This document shows, piece by piece, positions 49,754 to 59,797 of a stretch of 64,000 bases of DNA. The position numbers and the translations under genes were made by a program. Source of the DNA: Actinomycetota bacterium. Lineage in GTDB: Bacteria > Actinomycetota > Acidimicrobiia > Acidimicrobiales > Poriferisodalaceae. The notes under the pieces were generated by a model. It ran no database searches, was not told the origin of the DNA, and worked only from the letters and a program-made list of their open reading frames with translations. The stretch is from contig JAYZKK010000043.1 in NCBI GenBank assembly GCA_036163555.1, positions 877 through 64,876 of the forward strand, read 5' to 3'. The first letter of the stretch is position 1. Each line of letters opens with the position of its first letter.

Positions 49754-49792
49754 TGAAAGGGCTGGAGGTCGATTTGACCTCCAGCCCTTTCA
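49754..49792. terminator. perfect 17-bp hairpin between the binding-protein and permease genes (partial terminator or mRNA stabiliser)
   Basis: tgaaagggctggaggtc-gattt-gacctccagccctttca. Confidence 0.8.
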
Positions 49793-49839
49793 AAATTCTT
49801 TGGTGATTTCTAAACCACCTACAGAATCAATTTGTTATA

Positions 49840-50958
49840 TCAACGTGCTGGTGGAGCGTAAACAAGACCACCGGCGGTCCAGGCAGCGTTAGCTGACCCT
49901 TCGCGACTCAGACCCACTGGGTTGAGGTTACGGCTGTAGATCTCGTCGTAGTTTCCGACCTGCTTGATGACCTGATAGAAGGCATCAGCTGGAAGGCCCA
50001 TACCACTCTGCAGCTCACCCTCGCCTCCAAGGAGACGAATGGTTTCGGTGTCGCCACCGGTAAGCATCATGTCAACGTTGCCTGAGTTCAAGCCCTTTTC
50101 GTCAGCAATGATGGTCGCGTATACGGCCCAGTTGACGGCATCAGCAAATGCTGAGTCGTTCTGACCGTATGTCGGGCCAAGCGGCTCTTTCGAGATCGGT
50201 GTTGCTGGGAAGATCACCCAGTTCTCACCGTCTGGTTGCTGCTTCGCCTTTCGGCCTACAAGGCCTGAACCATCAGTGGTGATGATGTCACATGCGCCTG
50301 AGATGAAGTTGTTGGTGACAGTGTCGAAGTCTTCAAAGGTTTGAAGTTCGATGCTTACACCAGCTTCGGCTGCTGCGTCAGCGATGTTCTTTTCGGTTGT
50401 TGTACCTGCACTGGTGCAGATCACCGAACCGCCAACATCCGATACTTGTGAAGAACCGGAGAAGCCGTCGCTTTCGCGACCCATGAGCTGTTGACCGTCA
50501 TAGTAAGTCGTTGGGCCGAAGTCCATGCCGACTTCAGAGTCACGACTCTGAGTCCAAGTTGTGTTTCGCATCAGAAGATCGACGTCGCCGGTCTGAACTG
50601 CTGTAAAGCGCTCAGCGGCTGTCAATGAAACGAAGTTCACCTTGTTTGCATCGCCAAGGATGGCTGCTGCTACAACGCGGCAATAGTCGGCATCGAAGCC
50701 GGCCATGCTGCCATCAGCTTGGAGTTCTGAGAACGCCACGGCAGAACCTGAAACACCACAGTTAACGGTGCCACGGCTCTTGATCGTGTCCAGAAGGCTT
50801 TCGCCACTGGCTGCGAGCGTTACTTCAGTTTCTTCAGCATCCGATGACGAGCTGCTTGCGCTGCTGTCGTCGGAGGAATCGCTTCCGCCACAAGCCGAAG
50901 CGGCTAGTGCGATAGCGAATAGTGTGGCAAGCAGTCGCCACATAATGTTTTTCCGCAT
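49840..50958 (-). CDS. aapJ: amino-acid ABC transporter substrate-binding lipoprotein (AapJ/BztA-like)
   Basis: Lipobox LAASAC, GFDADYCR, RNTTWTQSRD, YYDGQ, ISKEPLGP, VGNYDEIY..GGLVYAPP; start placed at ATG 50958. Confidence 0.88.
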   Translation of the reverse strand: MRKNIMWRLLATLFAIALAASACGGSDSSDDSSASSSSSDAEETEVTLAASGESLLDTIKSRGTVNCGVSGSAVAFSELQADGSMAGFDADYCRVVAAAILGDANKVNFVSLTAAERFTAVQTGDVDLLMRNTTWTQSRDSEVGMDFGPTTYYDGQQLMGRESDGFSGSSQVSDVGGSVICTSAGTTTEKNIADAAAEAGVSIELQTFEDFDTVTNNFISGACDIITTDGSGLVGRKAKQQPDGENWVIFPATPISKEPLGPTYGQNDSAFADAVNWAVYATIIADEKGLNSGNVDMMLTGGDTETIRLLGGEGELQSGMGLPADAFYQVIKQVGNYDEIYSRNLNPVGLSREGSANAAWTAGGLVYAPPAR

Positions 50959-51166
50959 CTGTTTGAGTCCCTCTCTGTTGCGGTTACCGGCCCCGCGACC
51001 GGATTTCTGCTCGGTTAAGAGTGCGTGCACGGTATACGGTCAACAAAGCAAACAAACACCTTGTGATCTTTTCGTCACAATCTCTTTACAGGGCAGAAAC
51101 CCTATCTGCTAAACGACCGTTTAACCAAGCTTCACTCAACTTTGTCTAACAGGAGCCGAGAAACCC

Positions 51167-51928
51167 ATGGCCAACCCCGAAGATCACGCGATTAGTGCTC
51201 GCATCGCGACTGACGCCGGGAAGCTCCTTTTGGAGATCCGCGAACGACTATTTACTCAAGGGGCAGATAGCTGGACGGTTAAAGACACTGGGGACCTCGA
51301 AGCCCACCGATTCATCATGAAGGCACTTCAAGAACGCTTCCCTAACGACGGAATCTTGTCAGAGGAAGGCCGCGATGATCTGTCCCGCTTAGACAAGGAA
51401 CGAGTTTGGATTGTTGACCCTCTCGACGGAACAAGGGAGTTCGGCGAGCCGGGCCGCTCCGACTGGGCAGTCCATGTGGCTCTAACTGAAAATGGGGTAC
51501 CTACAGCTGCAGCAGTCGCCTTACCTGCCATAGACAAGACCCTGACAACTGAGCCAGCATCTCAACTTCCCCCAGCACATGACGGCCGCCCCAGGATGGT
51601 TGTCAGTCGCTCCAGAGCTCCAGCGGCTGCGATGATCGTCGCCGAGGCTCTGGAAGCAGAACTGCTGGCTCTAGGCTCTGCCGGGGCTAAGGCGATGGCA
51701 GTGGTCCTTGGGCATGCTGATATCTACGCTCATAGCGGCGGACAATACGAATGGGATAATTGTGCGCCAGCGGCTGTCGCACTAGCAGCAGGGCTGCATG
51801 CAAGCCGCTGCGATGGTTCACCACTTGATTACAACTACGAGGATCCTTGGTTGCCCGATTTGTTGATCTGTCGGCCAGAGTTCAGAGATGATGCTCTCGC
51901 TGCACTTAAACGAGCGATTGAGGGTTGA
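51167..51928 (+). CDS. cysQ: 3'(2'),5'-bisphosphate nucleotidase CysQ
   Basis: LSEE, WIVDPLDGTREF, VVSRSR, GSAGAKAM, GGQYEWD. Confidence 0.92.
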   Translation: MANPEDHAISARIATDAGKLLLEIRERLFTQGADSWTVKDTGDLEAHRFIMKALQERFPNDGILSEEGRDDLSRLDKERVWIVDPLDGTREFGEPGRSDWAVHVALTENGVPTAAAVALPAIDKTLTTEPASQLPPAHDGRPRMVVSRSRAPAAAMIVAEALEAELLALGSAGAKAMAVVLGHADIYAHSGGQYEWDNCAPAAVALAAGLHASRCDGSPLDYNYEDPWLPDLLICRPEFRDDALAALKRAIEG

Positions 51929-52752
51929 TGTCAGAAATGGAACTAAAAACCACACGTTTCGAAGTAGATGGCCCAGTAGCGACACTGACCCTCTCCCGAC
52001 CTGAACGTCGGAATGCCTGGACAGGCAGAATGCACACCGAATTCCGTCACCTTCTACAACGGGCCGACTCTGACTCAGAAATTAGAACAGTGATCATCAC
52101 CGGCGCGAACGACGATTTCTGTGTTGGAGCTGATAGCCAAGCCTTAGAGGGCCATCTTGAAAAAGGCGGGTACGACTCCGGAACCAGCGCTGACATTTCC
52201 AATCCCGGATACGGGGTCGCTTCCGAATTTGACCAAAACTTTGCGTTTATGTTCGGCTTGAACGTAACCACAGTCGCTGCGGTTAACGGAGCAGCAGCGG
52301 GGGTTGGGCTAGTTCTTGCTTGCTACTGCGATCTTCGGTTCGCTTCGAAACACGCCAAACTGACCACCGCTCACGGGCCGCTAGGCCTGCCCGCCGAATT
52401 CGGGCTCTCCTGGCTCTTACCTAGATTGATCGGCTTGACTCGAGCTAACGACCTTTTGCTTTCGAGCAGAGTCATTACGGCCGACGAGACTGCCGGATGG
52501 GGGCTCTTCAACGAGATCCTCGAACCAGCGGAACTGCTTCCACACGTCAAGTCATACACATCAGAACTAGCTGGGCGTGTTTCTCCATCGGCTCAGCGGA
52601 TGACGAAGCTTCAGGTGTACTTGGATCAGCACAGAGACGTCGGCTCCGCTGTAGCCCAATCCGAACGACTATTGGAAACAGCGATGCTGGACCCTGACTA
52701 CCAAGAAGGCGTGCAGGCTCTCATGGAGCGGCGAGCACCTAGGTGGAATTAG
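51925..52752 (+). CDS. enoyl-CoA hydratase/isomerase family protein
   Basis: LSRPERRNAWT, FCVGAD, AAVNGAAAGVG, CDLRFA, DYQEGV. Confidence 0.9.
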   Translation: MMSEMELKTTRFEVDGPVATLTLSRPERRNAWTGRMHTEFRHLLQRADSDSEIRTVIITGANDDFCVGADSQALEGHLEKGGYDSGTSADISNPGYGVASEFDQNFAFMFGLNVTTVAAVNGAAAGVGLVLACYCDLRFASKHAKLTTAHGPLGLPAEFGLSWLLPRLIGLTRANDLLLSSRVITADETAGWGLFNEILEPAELLPHVKSYTSELAGRVSPSAQRMTKLQVYLDQHRDVGSAVAQSERLLETAMLDPDYQEGVQALMERRAPRWN

Positions 52753-52790
52753 AAGTGGGCGCCGAAATAGAAGCGCCAACTGGCTAATCC

Positions 52791-54542
52791 TTAGTCATCT
52801 AGGACAGTCACCACTCCGGTATTTCCGTCCACCTGAATTCTTGCTCCATCAGGAATTCGCTTTGTAGCGTCTGTCGCAGATACAACGCATGGGATGCCAA
52901 GCTCTCTACTGACGATAATGGCGTGACTCAAGGCAGCTCCTACATCGACGACCACACCGGCCGCTGGCACAAACAGAGGGGTCCAGGATGGGTCTGTCAA
53001 GGGCGCTATCAGCACATCGCCAGGTTCGAGCGCTGTCGGATCATGACTGTCGAGGATGACACGAGCGCGGCCTTCTGAGACACCCGGACAACCAGGTAAA
53101 CCTTGGATCGAATCACCAGTTTGTAGAGGTTCAACCACTACCGCATCGCGATCAGGCCAAGATGAAAGAGGTTCGCTTTCTCCAACAATGACGAAGGGTT
53201 CTTGTTTACCTGTCGCCATGTCGAAAATTTCTTGTCGCTGTTCGATTATCTCCCGCCATCCGTCGGGACTATCGATAGCTTGATGCTGCTCAGAGAAGCG
53301 AAGCATCGCGAAGCTTGTCAGTTCTGGATACACGCCTCTATCAACCATGCGTTGACCCAATTCTCGGGCAGCCATTCGCGCTTCTTGGATAAATTTGACG
53401 CAATTAGTCTTAGTTCGCTCACGACCCGGCATCAGCACCGATGCGCCGTGAGCTCCTGCCAAGAACTGTCCTTGTGCCTCTGGATCAGCTTCGAGCATGG
53501 CACCAATCTCAGAGACAAGACGCTGTCGATCGTCAGCAAGCTGAGCTTGGTGGTCTTGAGGCGCTGCAGATGCTGGAGAGACTCGCATTCGATCAATCGC
53601 TGCCAATGCTAAGTCGGGGGTCGTTTCCCAGGTTGGACATGAAATTTCCCACTCGTTAGGTCCCCTAGATCCATAAGACCGAAGAAACTGGTCAAAAGCA
53701 GCCACAAAGTTTGCTACATCCGAATCGTCGTCGTTTCGGAGGCGAGCATCCAAACCTTCAATACCAAGGTCAAAAGCAGCATTGATGCTTTCGGACGCGG
53801 CGGCCGTTCGTCCGAGTTCCCACATGGCCATTGACGGCGCAGCGGATTCGACATCTCCAAGTCCTGCCATGATCTTCATCGCATCAGTCGGACGGCCAAC
53901 CGCTTCACATACTGCTGACACGATGCCGAGCGGGACAGTAGTCAGAAAGCTGATGAAAATATGTTGAGCAAAAAGCTCCCGGAACCCTCCGTTGAAGAAA
54001 TCTTCGATCCAGTCAACAATTTCATGATCACCCATAGATTCGAAATCCGGACGGCTGTCACGAAGAGCGTTCACTCGTTGCTCCTGTGCCAAGACATCAG
54101 GCAGATCTGGAGTTGTTAGAGCCCAACCAAATACTTCGCCTATTCGAGCCTCAGCTTCAGGACTCGGGTCATCTGGGTGTTGTTCATACGCCGGAATACC
54201 CGGTTGCACACCAAAAAAAGCTTCATCAATGTCCTGAGCGGACAACCCTGGCGCACGCTCACCGAAAATACGCATGAGCGATGCATTCAGGTACGTATAC
54301 CCACCGAAGACTCCGAGAAATACGGGGTTATCGGGGTCAAATTCACTTTCTTCGAACGCACCGATTCTGATGTATGCGTCTCGAAAACCCAGCTCGCTCA
54401 TTTGAAGGCCATCGTCATTTTGAAATGCGAAATCAAAAGTTGCTAAAGCCACCGGGTCGGGGAACACCTCCCCTACATTCGCCCGAGTCCAAATCGGATA
54501 ACGATCTGACGTCTTAGTACCAACGAAGTATTCCTCGGCCAT
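52791..54542 (-). CDS. PEP-utilising-enzyme family protein with C-terminal phospho-His swivel domain and no ATP-grasp domain
   Basis: WTRANVGEVFP, FLRSYGSRGPNEWE, GLPGCPGVSEGRARV, TDPSWTPLF, GAALSHAIIVSRELGIPCVV; start at ATG 54542 after GGGGAGG. Confidence 0.85.
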   Translation of the reverse strand: MAEEYFVGTKTSDRYPIWTRANVGEVFPDPVALATFDFAFQNDDGLQMSELGFRDAYIRIGAFEESEFDPDNPVFLGVFGGYTYLNASLMRIFGERAPGLSAQDIDEAFFGVQPGIPAYEQHPDDPSPEAEARIGEVFGWALTTPDLPDVLAQEQRVNALRDSRPDFESMGDHEIVDWIEDFFNGGFRELFAQHIFISFLTTVPLGIVSAVCEAVGRPTDAMKIMAGLGDVESAAPSMAMWELGRTAAASESINAAFDLGIEGLDARLRNDDDSDVANFVAAFDQFLRSYGSRGPNEWEISCPTWETTPDLALAAIDRMRVSPASAAPQDHQAQLADDRQRLVSEIGAMLEADPEAQGQFLAGAHGASVLMPGRERTKTNCVKFIQEARMAARELGQRMVDRGVYPELTSFAMLRFSEQHQAIDSPDGWREIIEQRQEIFDMATGKQEPFVIVGESEPLSSWPDRDAVVVEPLQTGDSIQGLPGCPGVSEGRARVILDSHDPTALEPGDVLIAPLTDPSWTPLFVPAAGVVVDVGAALSHAIIVSRELGIPCVVSATDATKRIPDGARIQVDGNTGVVTVLDD

Positions 54543-54657
54543 TTCTCGTTCCTCCCCGTCGCGCAATCTGACAGTTGCGACCGATGGACCGGATGGCTGC
54601 CTCCCCCTCGTGGCAGCCATCCGGCCAGATCGCGAACCACCACTGCTCGGCACTATA
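54543..54657 (-). promoter_or_regulatory. putative promoter (-10 TATAGT) and structured ~105-nt leader
   Basis: TATAGT at 54652-54657; perfect 13-bp stem 54589-54601/54612-54624; second hairpin next to the SD. Confidence 0.55.
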
Positions 54658-54737
54658 GGCACCGCTACCCCTATTTGCGCAAACGTTCATTAAGGAATAT
54701 CTCACCGCTTGAGCTTTAAACGACCGACAACATCACC

Positions 54738-56054
54738 GTGAGATACGTTCTAGCCGTGGTTTCTGAGAAGAACGCGGGTTTCGAATGGACACAAGAGTGG
54801 CCGCATCTGGTGATCTCTCCTCAAGCTGCCGCAGATCATGTCCAAAACGGCGACCTAGTGGGGACCAGTCTTCCGGAACCAACGGCTTTTCTCTATGCGC
54901 TAGCAGAACGTAACGACCTGAATGACGTAGCTGTTTTCGTTCCTGCTCCTAGAAAAGGGGGCGCCGCAATAGGAACAAATCCCAAACTCGAATTGCGCGC
55001 TCCCTTCTTGACTCAAATTCTTCGTGAAGCCGGCGCACAGGCCGAACTCATCCCAGTAAGGCTGGAGGACTGGGGACGATTCGCTATCCGCAACCCACCA
55101 AGGATTGCCTGTGTCCAAGTTGGCACCCCATTACCTGATGGCACGGTTCCCCCCGGGTCAGCGATAGCAGGAAATGACGCTCTGGTTCGTCGCGCGCGAC
55201 GAGAAGGCGACCTCGTGTTCGGGCTGGTTAACCCTGTAGTTCCTTACATTCACGGAGATTCGTTCAGGGTCGAAGACTTTGACGCTCTGATCCACGTTCC
55301 GCTTCGAGGGTCAATGCCGATCTTCGACGAGCGAACGCCTCCTTCTAACCTTGATCCTTTTATCGGAGCGCTAGACGAACTGATTCCTAACGGCGCAACG
55401 GTCCAATCAGGAGTCGGCGGCCTCACGGAGGTAGCACTTGCCCGCCTAACTCACAAAACCGATTTGGGTATCCACACCGAAGTGATGTGCCAAGGCCTGA
55501 TGGATCTAATGAAGTCTGGGGCAGCCACCAATCGCCTCAAAACAGTCTTCCCAAACAAAACCGTCTTTACGATTGCGCTACCAGAAACCTTTGATTTCCT
55601 CAACGACAACCCGGACTGCCACATTGTTCCTGCCCACGTTGCCCTGAATCACCAGCAGATCTCGGCCAATCGCGACATGCGCTGTGTAAACGGTGCTCTA
55701 GAAATCGATCTCTGGGGTCAAGTCAACTCCGAGATGATCAATGGAGTTCAACATAGCGGAGTCGGTGGCGCACTAGATTTTCTCCGCGGATGCCAAATGT
55801 CTGAATCAGCGATGTCAATTCACTTAATGCCAGCGACCGCCAAAGGTGGAACTGCTTCTCGAATCGTTCCTCAAATCAGTGTCAATGCTGTAACCGCAAC
55901 CCGTTACGACGTGGACGTTGTCGTCACCGAGTTCGGAATTGCCCGCTTACAAGATGCTTCTGTGAGTCAGAAAGCGGAACGGCTGATCGCCATAGCCCAC
56001 CCAGATCATCAAGAAGAACTGGCGGAAGCTGCTCAACGAATGGGAATCCGCTGA
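54738..56054 (+). CDS. acetyl-CoA hydrolase/CoA-transferase family protein
   Basis: GATVQSGVGG, DLGIHTE, EIDLWGQVNSE, SGVGGALDFLRG, SRIVP, VVTEFGIA; true start may be GTG 54756. Confidence 0.88.
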   Translation: MRYVLAVVSEKNAGFEWTQEWPHLVISPQAAADHVQNGDLVGTSLPEPTAFLYALAERNDLNDVAVFVPAPRKGGAAIGTNPKLELRAPFLTQILREAGAQAELIPVRLEDWGRFAIRNPPRIACVQVGTPLPDGTVPPGSAIAGNDALVRRARREGDLVFGLVNPVVPYIHGDSFRVEDFDALIHVPLRGSMPIFDERTPPSNLDPFIGALDELIPNGATVQSGVGGLTEVALARLTHKTDLGIHTEVMCQGLMDLMKSGAATNRLKTVFPNKTVFTIALPETFDFLNDNPDCHIVPAHVALNHQQISANRDMRCVNGALEIDLWGQVNSEMINGVQHSGVGGALDFLRGCQMSESAMSIHLMPATAKGGTASRIVPQISVNAVTATRYDVDVVVTEFGIARLQDASVSQKAERLIAIAHPDHQEELAEAAQRMGIR

Positions 56055-56057
56055 GTA

Positions 56058-56840
56058 TCAACCGCGCGAACGTTCCGTTCTAATAAAGGTCGGTTCCTCG
56101 GCGGTGCTTCTTTCGGGCGAGTAGCTATACCCCAACTCTGCGAATTCAGTGATCGAACGGGGGCTGTCCACCCTATTCAGCACTAACCATGAAGCCATAG
56201 CCCCTCGTGCTTGCTTCGCGTAGAGGCTTATGATCTTAAACTTCCCGTTCTTCTCATCTAGGAATCGTGGACTAATGACTCGAGCATCTAAAAGACTTTC
56301 GTCAACAGCGGAGTAATACTCCTTCGATGCAAGATTGATAAGAACCCGGGCACGATGTCCTTCAAGGTCCGACGCTAAAAGTTCGCTGATCCGGTCGCCC
56401 CAAAATTCGTACAGCCCTTGACCTCTCGACGTGACCAAGTTTGTTCCCATCTCAAGTCTGTAGGGTTGGATCAGATCCAAGGGTCTAAGCACTCCATGCA
56501 AACCTGACAGTATTCGGATCGTTTTTTGTGCCCTGGTGAAGTCTCGTTCCGTGTATCGAGCTACATCCATCCCTACATATACGTCTCCCTGGAATGCCAG
56601 CATCGCTGGTCGAGAATTTTCGGTGGTGAAATTCTCTTCCCAGTCCTGAAAACGTTCGGCGTTTAGATCCGCCAGGGCAGGAGAAAGGTTCATGAGTTGA
56701 CCCAGATCTGTGGGTGACTTCTTTACCAGTTCATCAACCAACTCGGCTGAGTCCTCAAGCAATGCAGGTACCGAATGCTTGCTGGTCAACAGTTCGGAAT
56801 CGAAGTCAAGCCTCTTGGCAGGCGATAAGACAATCAACAC
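56058..56840 (-). CDS. yaaA: peroxide stress protein YaaA (DUF328)
   Basis: VLSPAKRLD, AFQGDVY, LSGLHGVLRPLDLIQPYRLEMG, NLASKEY, YAKQARG. Confidence 0.95.
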   Translation of the reverse strand: MLIVLSPAKRLDFDSELLTSKHSVPALLEDSAELVDELVKKSPTDLGQLMNLSPALADLNAERFQDWEENFTTENSRPAMLAFQGDVYVGMDVARYTERDFTRAQKTIRILSGLHGVLRPLDLIQPYRLEMGTNLVTSRGQGLYEFWGDRISELLASDLEGHRARVLINLASKEYYSAVDESLLDARVISPRFLDEKNGKFKIISLYAKQARGAMASWLVLNRVDSPRSITEFAELGYSYSPERSTAEEPTFIRTERSRG

Positions 56841-57117
56841 AATGGGGTTCCTCCACTCTGGAGTCTAGAGACTACGAAGCCCTAACTCAGGATCTATCTG
56901 AAGCCACGCCAATTTCGGTTCGCTTGTCATTCTCTCTCTTTACAATCTGATCACAGCGTCAGGATTCGTTCGAACCAACTTAGACCAGCAGTCCCGGCTA
57001 GCGTCCGGACCGTGACTAAAGATTCTGAGAGGGCAGAACAAATAGCCAATGACCGGCCAAATAATTTCATAACCTCATGTTGGGATCAGTTTGAGCAAAC
57101 GCTCTAAGTGGAGAACC

Positions 57118-58116
57118 ATGGCAACGACTATTCAGCACTACCAGGACCTCGGCGACTTCGACTATGGCACTAGCGACCAAATCACGCCACTAATCCGCAG
57201 AGTTATTTGCAAAAACCCGACACCATTCACTTACAAGGGAACAGGCACATACCTGGTTGGCCGAGGAGAAGTTGCTGTCATCGATCCTGGCCCCCCTCTA
57301 GAGAGCCATTTGGACGATATTTTGAGCGCTCTTGAACCTGATGAGACAGTGACTCACGCATTTATTACCCACACCCACAGTGATCATTCACCTCTCACGA
57401 AACAACTCAAAGAACGAACTGGTGCCATTTCCTACGGCTTTGGCCCACATGGAAGTGTGAAAGAGGATGACCCCGAAGATCGCGTGGATTTCTCGGCATT
57501 CATCTCCAAAGAAGAACAGGAGCAATACCGCAAAGAATTCGACGACCTTCCCGAGGAGCTCAAACGCGAAGGAGCTGACACAGAATTTTCGCCCGATGTT
57601 TTTCTCAAGGACGGCGACATTGTGCATGGACCTAGCTGGACGATCAGATCGATCCATACTCCAGGACACTGTTCCAATCATCTGTGCTTCGAGTTGGAAG
57701 AAGAGAAAAGTCTCTTCTCCGGTGATCACGTAATGGGGTGGGCCACGAGCGTCGTCGGTCCACCAGACGGGTCGATGAAGGAATATATGGAGTCGTTAAA
57801 GAAACTACTTCCGCTTGACCATGAGTACTACTGGCCAACCCACGGGCCGGCAATTCCTCGACCCGTTGAATACGTCCAAAGCTTTATCTATCACCGGGAA
57901 GAACGCGAAGAACAAATAGTGCGATTCCTTCAAGACGGCCCGCAGAAAATCGCTGACTTCGTTCCGGAAATGTACGAAAAGTATGACAAACGACTTTGGT
58001 ATCCGGCTGCGGGGTCAGTGCATGCTCACTTGTTGCATATGGTTGAAACCGGAAGGGCCGAAGTGACCGATGAGCACGGGCAACCCAAGTTGACTGCTAC
58101 CTATCAGCTCATCTGA
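57118..58116 (+). CDS. metallo-beta-lactamase-fold hydrolase (LACTB2-like, winged-helix C-terminus)
   Basis: [47 protein letters not shown]. Confidence 0.88.
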   Translation: MATTIQHYQDLGDFDYGTSDQITPLIRRVICKNPTPFTYKGTGTYLVGRGEVAVIDPGPPLESHLDDILSALEPDETVTHAFITHTHSDHSPLTKQLKERTGAISYGFGPHGSVKEDDPEDRVDFSAFISKEEQEQYRKEFDDLPEELKREGADTEFSPDVFLKDGDIVHGPSWTIRSIHTPGHCSNHLCFELEEEKSLFSGDHVMGWATSVVGPPDGSMKEYMESLKKLLPLDHEYYWPTHGPAIPRPVEYVQSFIYHREEREEQIVRFLQDGPQKIADFVPEMYEKYDKRLWYPAAGSVHAHLLHMVETGRAEVTDEHGQPKLTATYQLI

Positions 58117-58172
58117 ACTATTACGCAAACATCCGCGTACCTAGACCCAGTCCTGACTATCTTCAGCGTTTC

Positions 58173-58847
58173 ATGCGCCTAGTTATTACTAACTGCACAG
58201 TTGACTACTCAGGTCGCCTAGACGCACATCTTTCTGAGGCCGTTCGCCTGATCATGGTTAAGGCCGATGGCTGTATTTCAATTCATGCCGACGGCGGCGC
58301 CTACAAGCCCCTGAATTGGATGAACGCACCAAACAATATTCACGAGTCGACAGATGATGACGGTGAATTGACATGGTTGGTCACTAACGAAAAAGACGAG
58401 AAGTTGACGATCAAACTTCACGAAATTATTTCAGATTTCTCCCAAGAGATGGGAATCGACCCAGGGCTACAGAAAGATGGAGTTGAGGCTCACCTCCAAG
58501 AATTACTGGCCGCAAATGTCGACAAGATTTCTGATGGCATGGTGCTGGTTAGGAGGGAGTACCCAACCGATATTGGGCCCGTCGATCTTCTTTGCCGAGA
58601 CGACAAAGGTGAGGCTGTCGCTATCGAAATCAAACGGAGAGGCGAAATTGACGGCGTTGAACAGTTAAGCCGGTATCTCGACTATCTCAACCGAGATGGA
58701 AATCTCCGGCCGGTGTCTGGGATCTTTGCCGCTCAGGAAATCAAACCACAGGCCCGGGTTCTAGCTGAAGACCGTGGCATCAAATGCTTGTTACTTGACT
58801 ACGACGAGTTGAGGGGCATTGAAAGTGATGAACTCAAACTCTTCTAA
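58173..58847 (+). CDS. nucS: mismatch-specific endonuclease NucS/EndoMS
   Basis: [59 protein letters not shown]; C-terminal LKLF clamp-binding-like motif. Confidence 0.96.
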   Translation: MRLVITNCTVDYSGRLDAHLSEAVRLIMVKADGCISIHADGGAYKPLNWMNAPNNIHESTDDDGELTWLVTNEKDEKLTIKLHEIISDFSQEMGIDPGLQKDGVEAHLQELLAANVDKISDGMVLVRREYPTDIGPVDLLCRDDKGEAVAIEIKRRGEIDGVEQLSRYLDYLNRDGNLRPVSGIFAAQEIKPQARVLAEDRGIKCLLLDYDELRGIESDELKLF

Positions 58848-58881
58848 GAACTAGCGAAATTGTCCAACCCAGTTCATTGGT

Positions 58882-59757
58882 TCAGCTGAATAGACAAAGA
58901 CCGTTGTCGATGACAACTCGTTCCTCTGGACTGTCTTTTTGAGCGATAGTGCGATAAATCGCTTGGCCATCTTCCACCCACATCTGAACGGTCAAAGAGT
59001 CTCCTGGGAATACAGGGGAAGAGAATCTTGAGTCCATGCTCTTAAACCGGCTCGGGTCTCCACCACACAGCTCGTGAAGAAGCGCTCGACCAGTAAACCC
59101 GTAGGTACACAATCCATGCAAAATTGGTTTGGGAAAGCCACCAAGTTCAGTGGCGAACCAGGGATCACTATGCAACGGGTTGTAGTCACCCGAGAGTCTG
59201 TACGTCAGCGCCTGATCAATTCTTGTCTGATAGGTCACTTCATGGTCCGGCGCATCTTCGGGGGCATGAACTTGCGGAGCCGTATTTCCTTCTTCACCGC
59301 CGAAGCCTCCAGAGCCTCGAACAACTATGGAAAATCGCAGATCGAAAAGAGGTGCGTCTGTCTCTTTCAGGGATACCTTCGACTCGGTTTCAATGATTGC
59401 GTTTTTGCCGTCGCCTTTATCCCAGATACCACTGACACTTTCCTCGATGACAACTGTGCCCTCGACGGGAATCGGCTGATGCAAGGTAACTCCTTGAGAT
59501 CCATGAAGGACGCGACCCCAATCAATTTCGCCGACCTTTCCCAATGCACCTCCAGAACCGCCAATCACGACCCCTTGAGTCGGGAATGTTCGTTGTTCAA
59601 TTCCTTTGGAATTATTGGTGGTGAACTCAAGCTCGGAGCCAACAGGGTCGTCCGCTCCAGCTCCAATACCGACGGCGTAGAGCAAGGAGTCACGGTACCC
59701 CCAAGACCGCTCGACTGGCGCAGCCGTAGCGCCCACTGCATTGGGATCAATAGACAT
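58882..59757 (-). CDS. MaoC/hydratase-2 (R-specific enoyl-CoA hydratase), double hot-dog fold
   Basis: LLYAVGIGA, VLHGSQ, YRLSGDYNPLHSDP, PILHGLCTYG, RFSSPVFPG. Confidence 0.92.
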   Translation of the reverse strand: MSIDPNAVGATAAPVERSWGYRDSLLYAVGIGAGADDPVGSELEFTTNNSKGIEQRTFPTQGVVIGGSGGALGKVGEIDWGRVLHGSQGVTLHQPIPVEGTVVIEESVSGIWDKGDGKNAIIETESKVSLKETDAPLFDLRFSIVVRGSGGFGGEEGNTAPQVHAPEDAPDHEVTYQTRIDQALTYRLSGDYNPLHSDPWFATELGGFPKPILHGLCTYGFTGRALLHELCGGDPSRFKSMDSRFSSPVFPGDSLTVQMWVEDGQAIYRTIAQKDSPEERVVIDNGLCLFS

Positions 59758-59797
59758 GGTTTGTCCTTCCTGTAGCGCTCGATATTAGTGAACCGAG

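Noticed and set aside
56841-57117. 277-bp intergenic region as ncRNA or small ORF (21-codon minus-strand ORF MTSEPKLAW..)
   Set aside because: No strong hairpin, repeat or recognisable motif; consistent with divergent promoters
59074-59775. 233-aa plus-strand ORF (also 19397-20050, 20575-21180, 21697-22293)
   Set aside because: Antisense shadows of well-supported genes with no recognisable motifs
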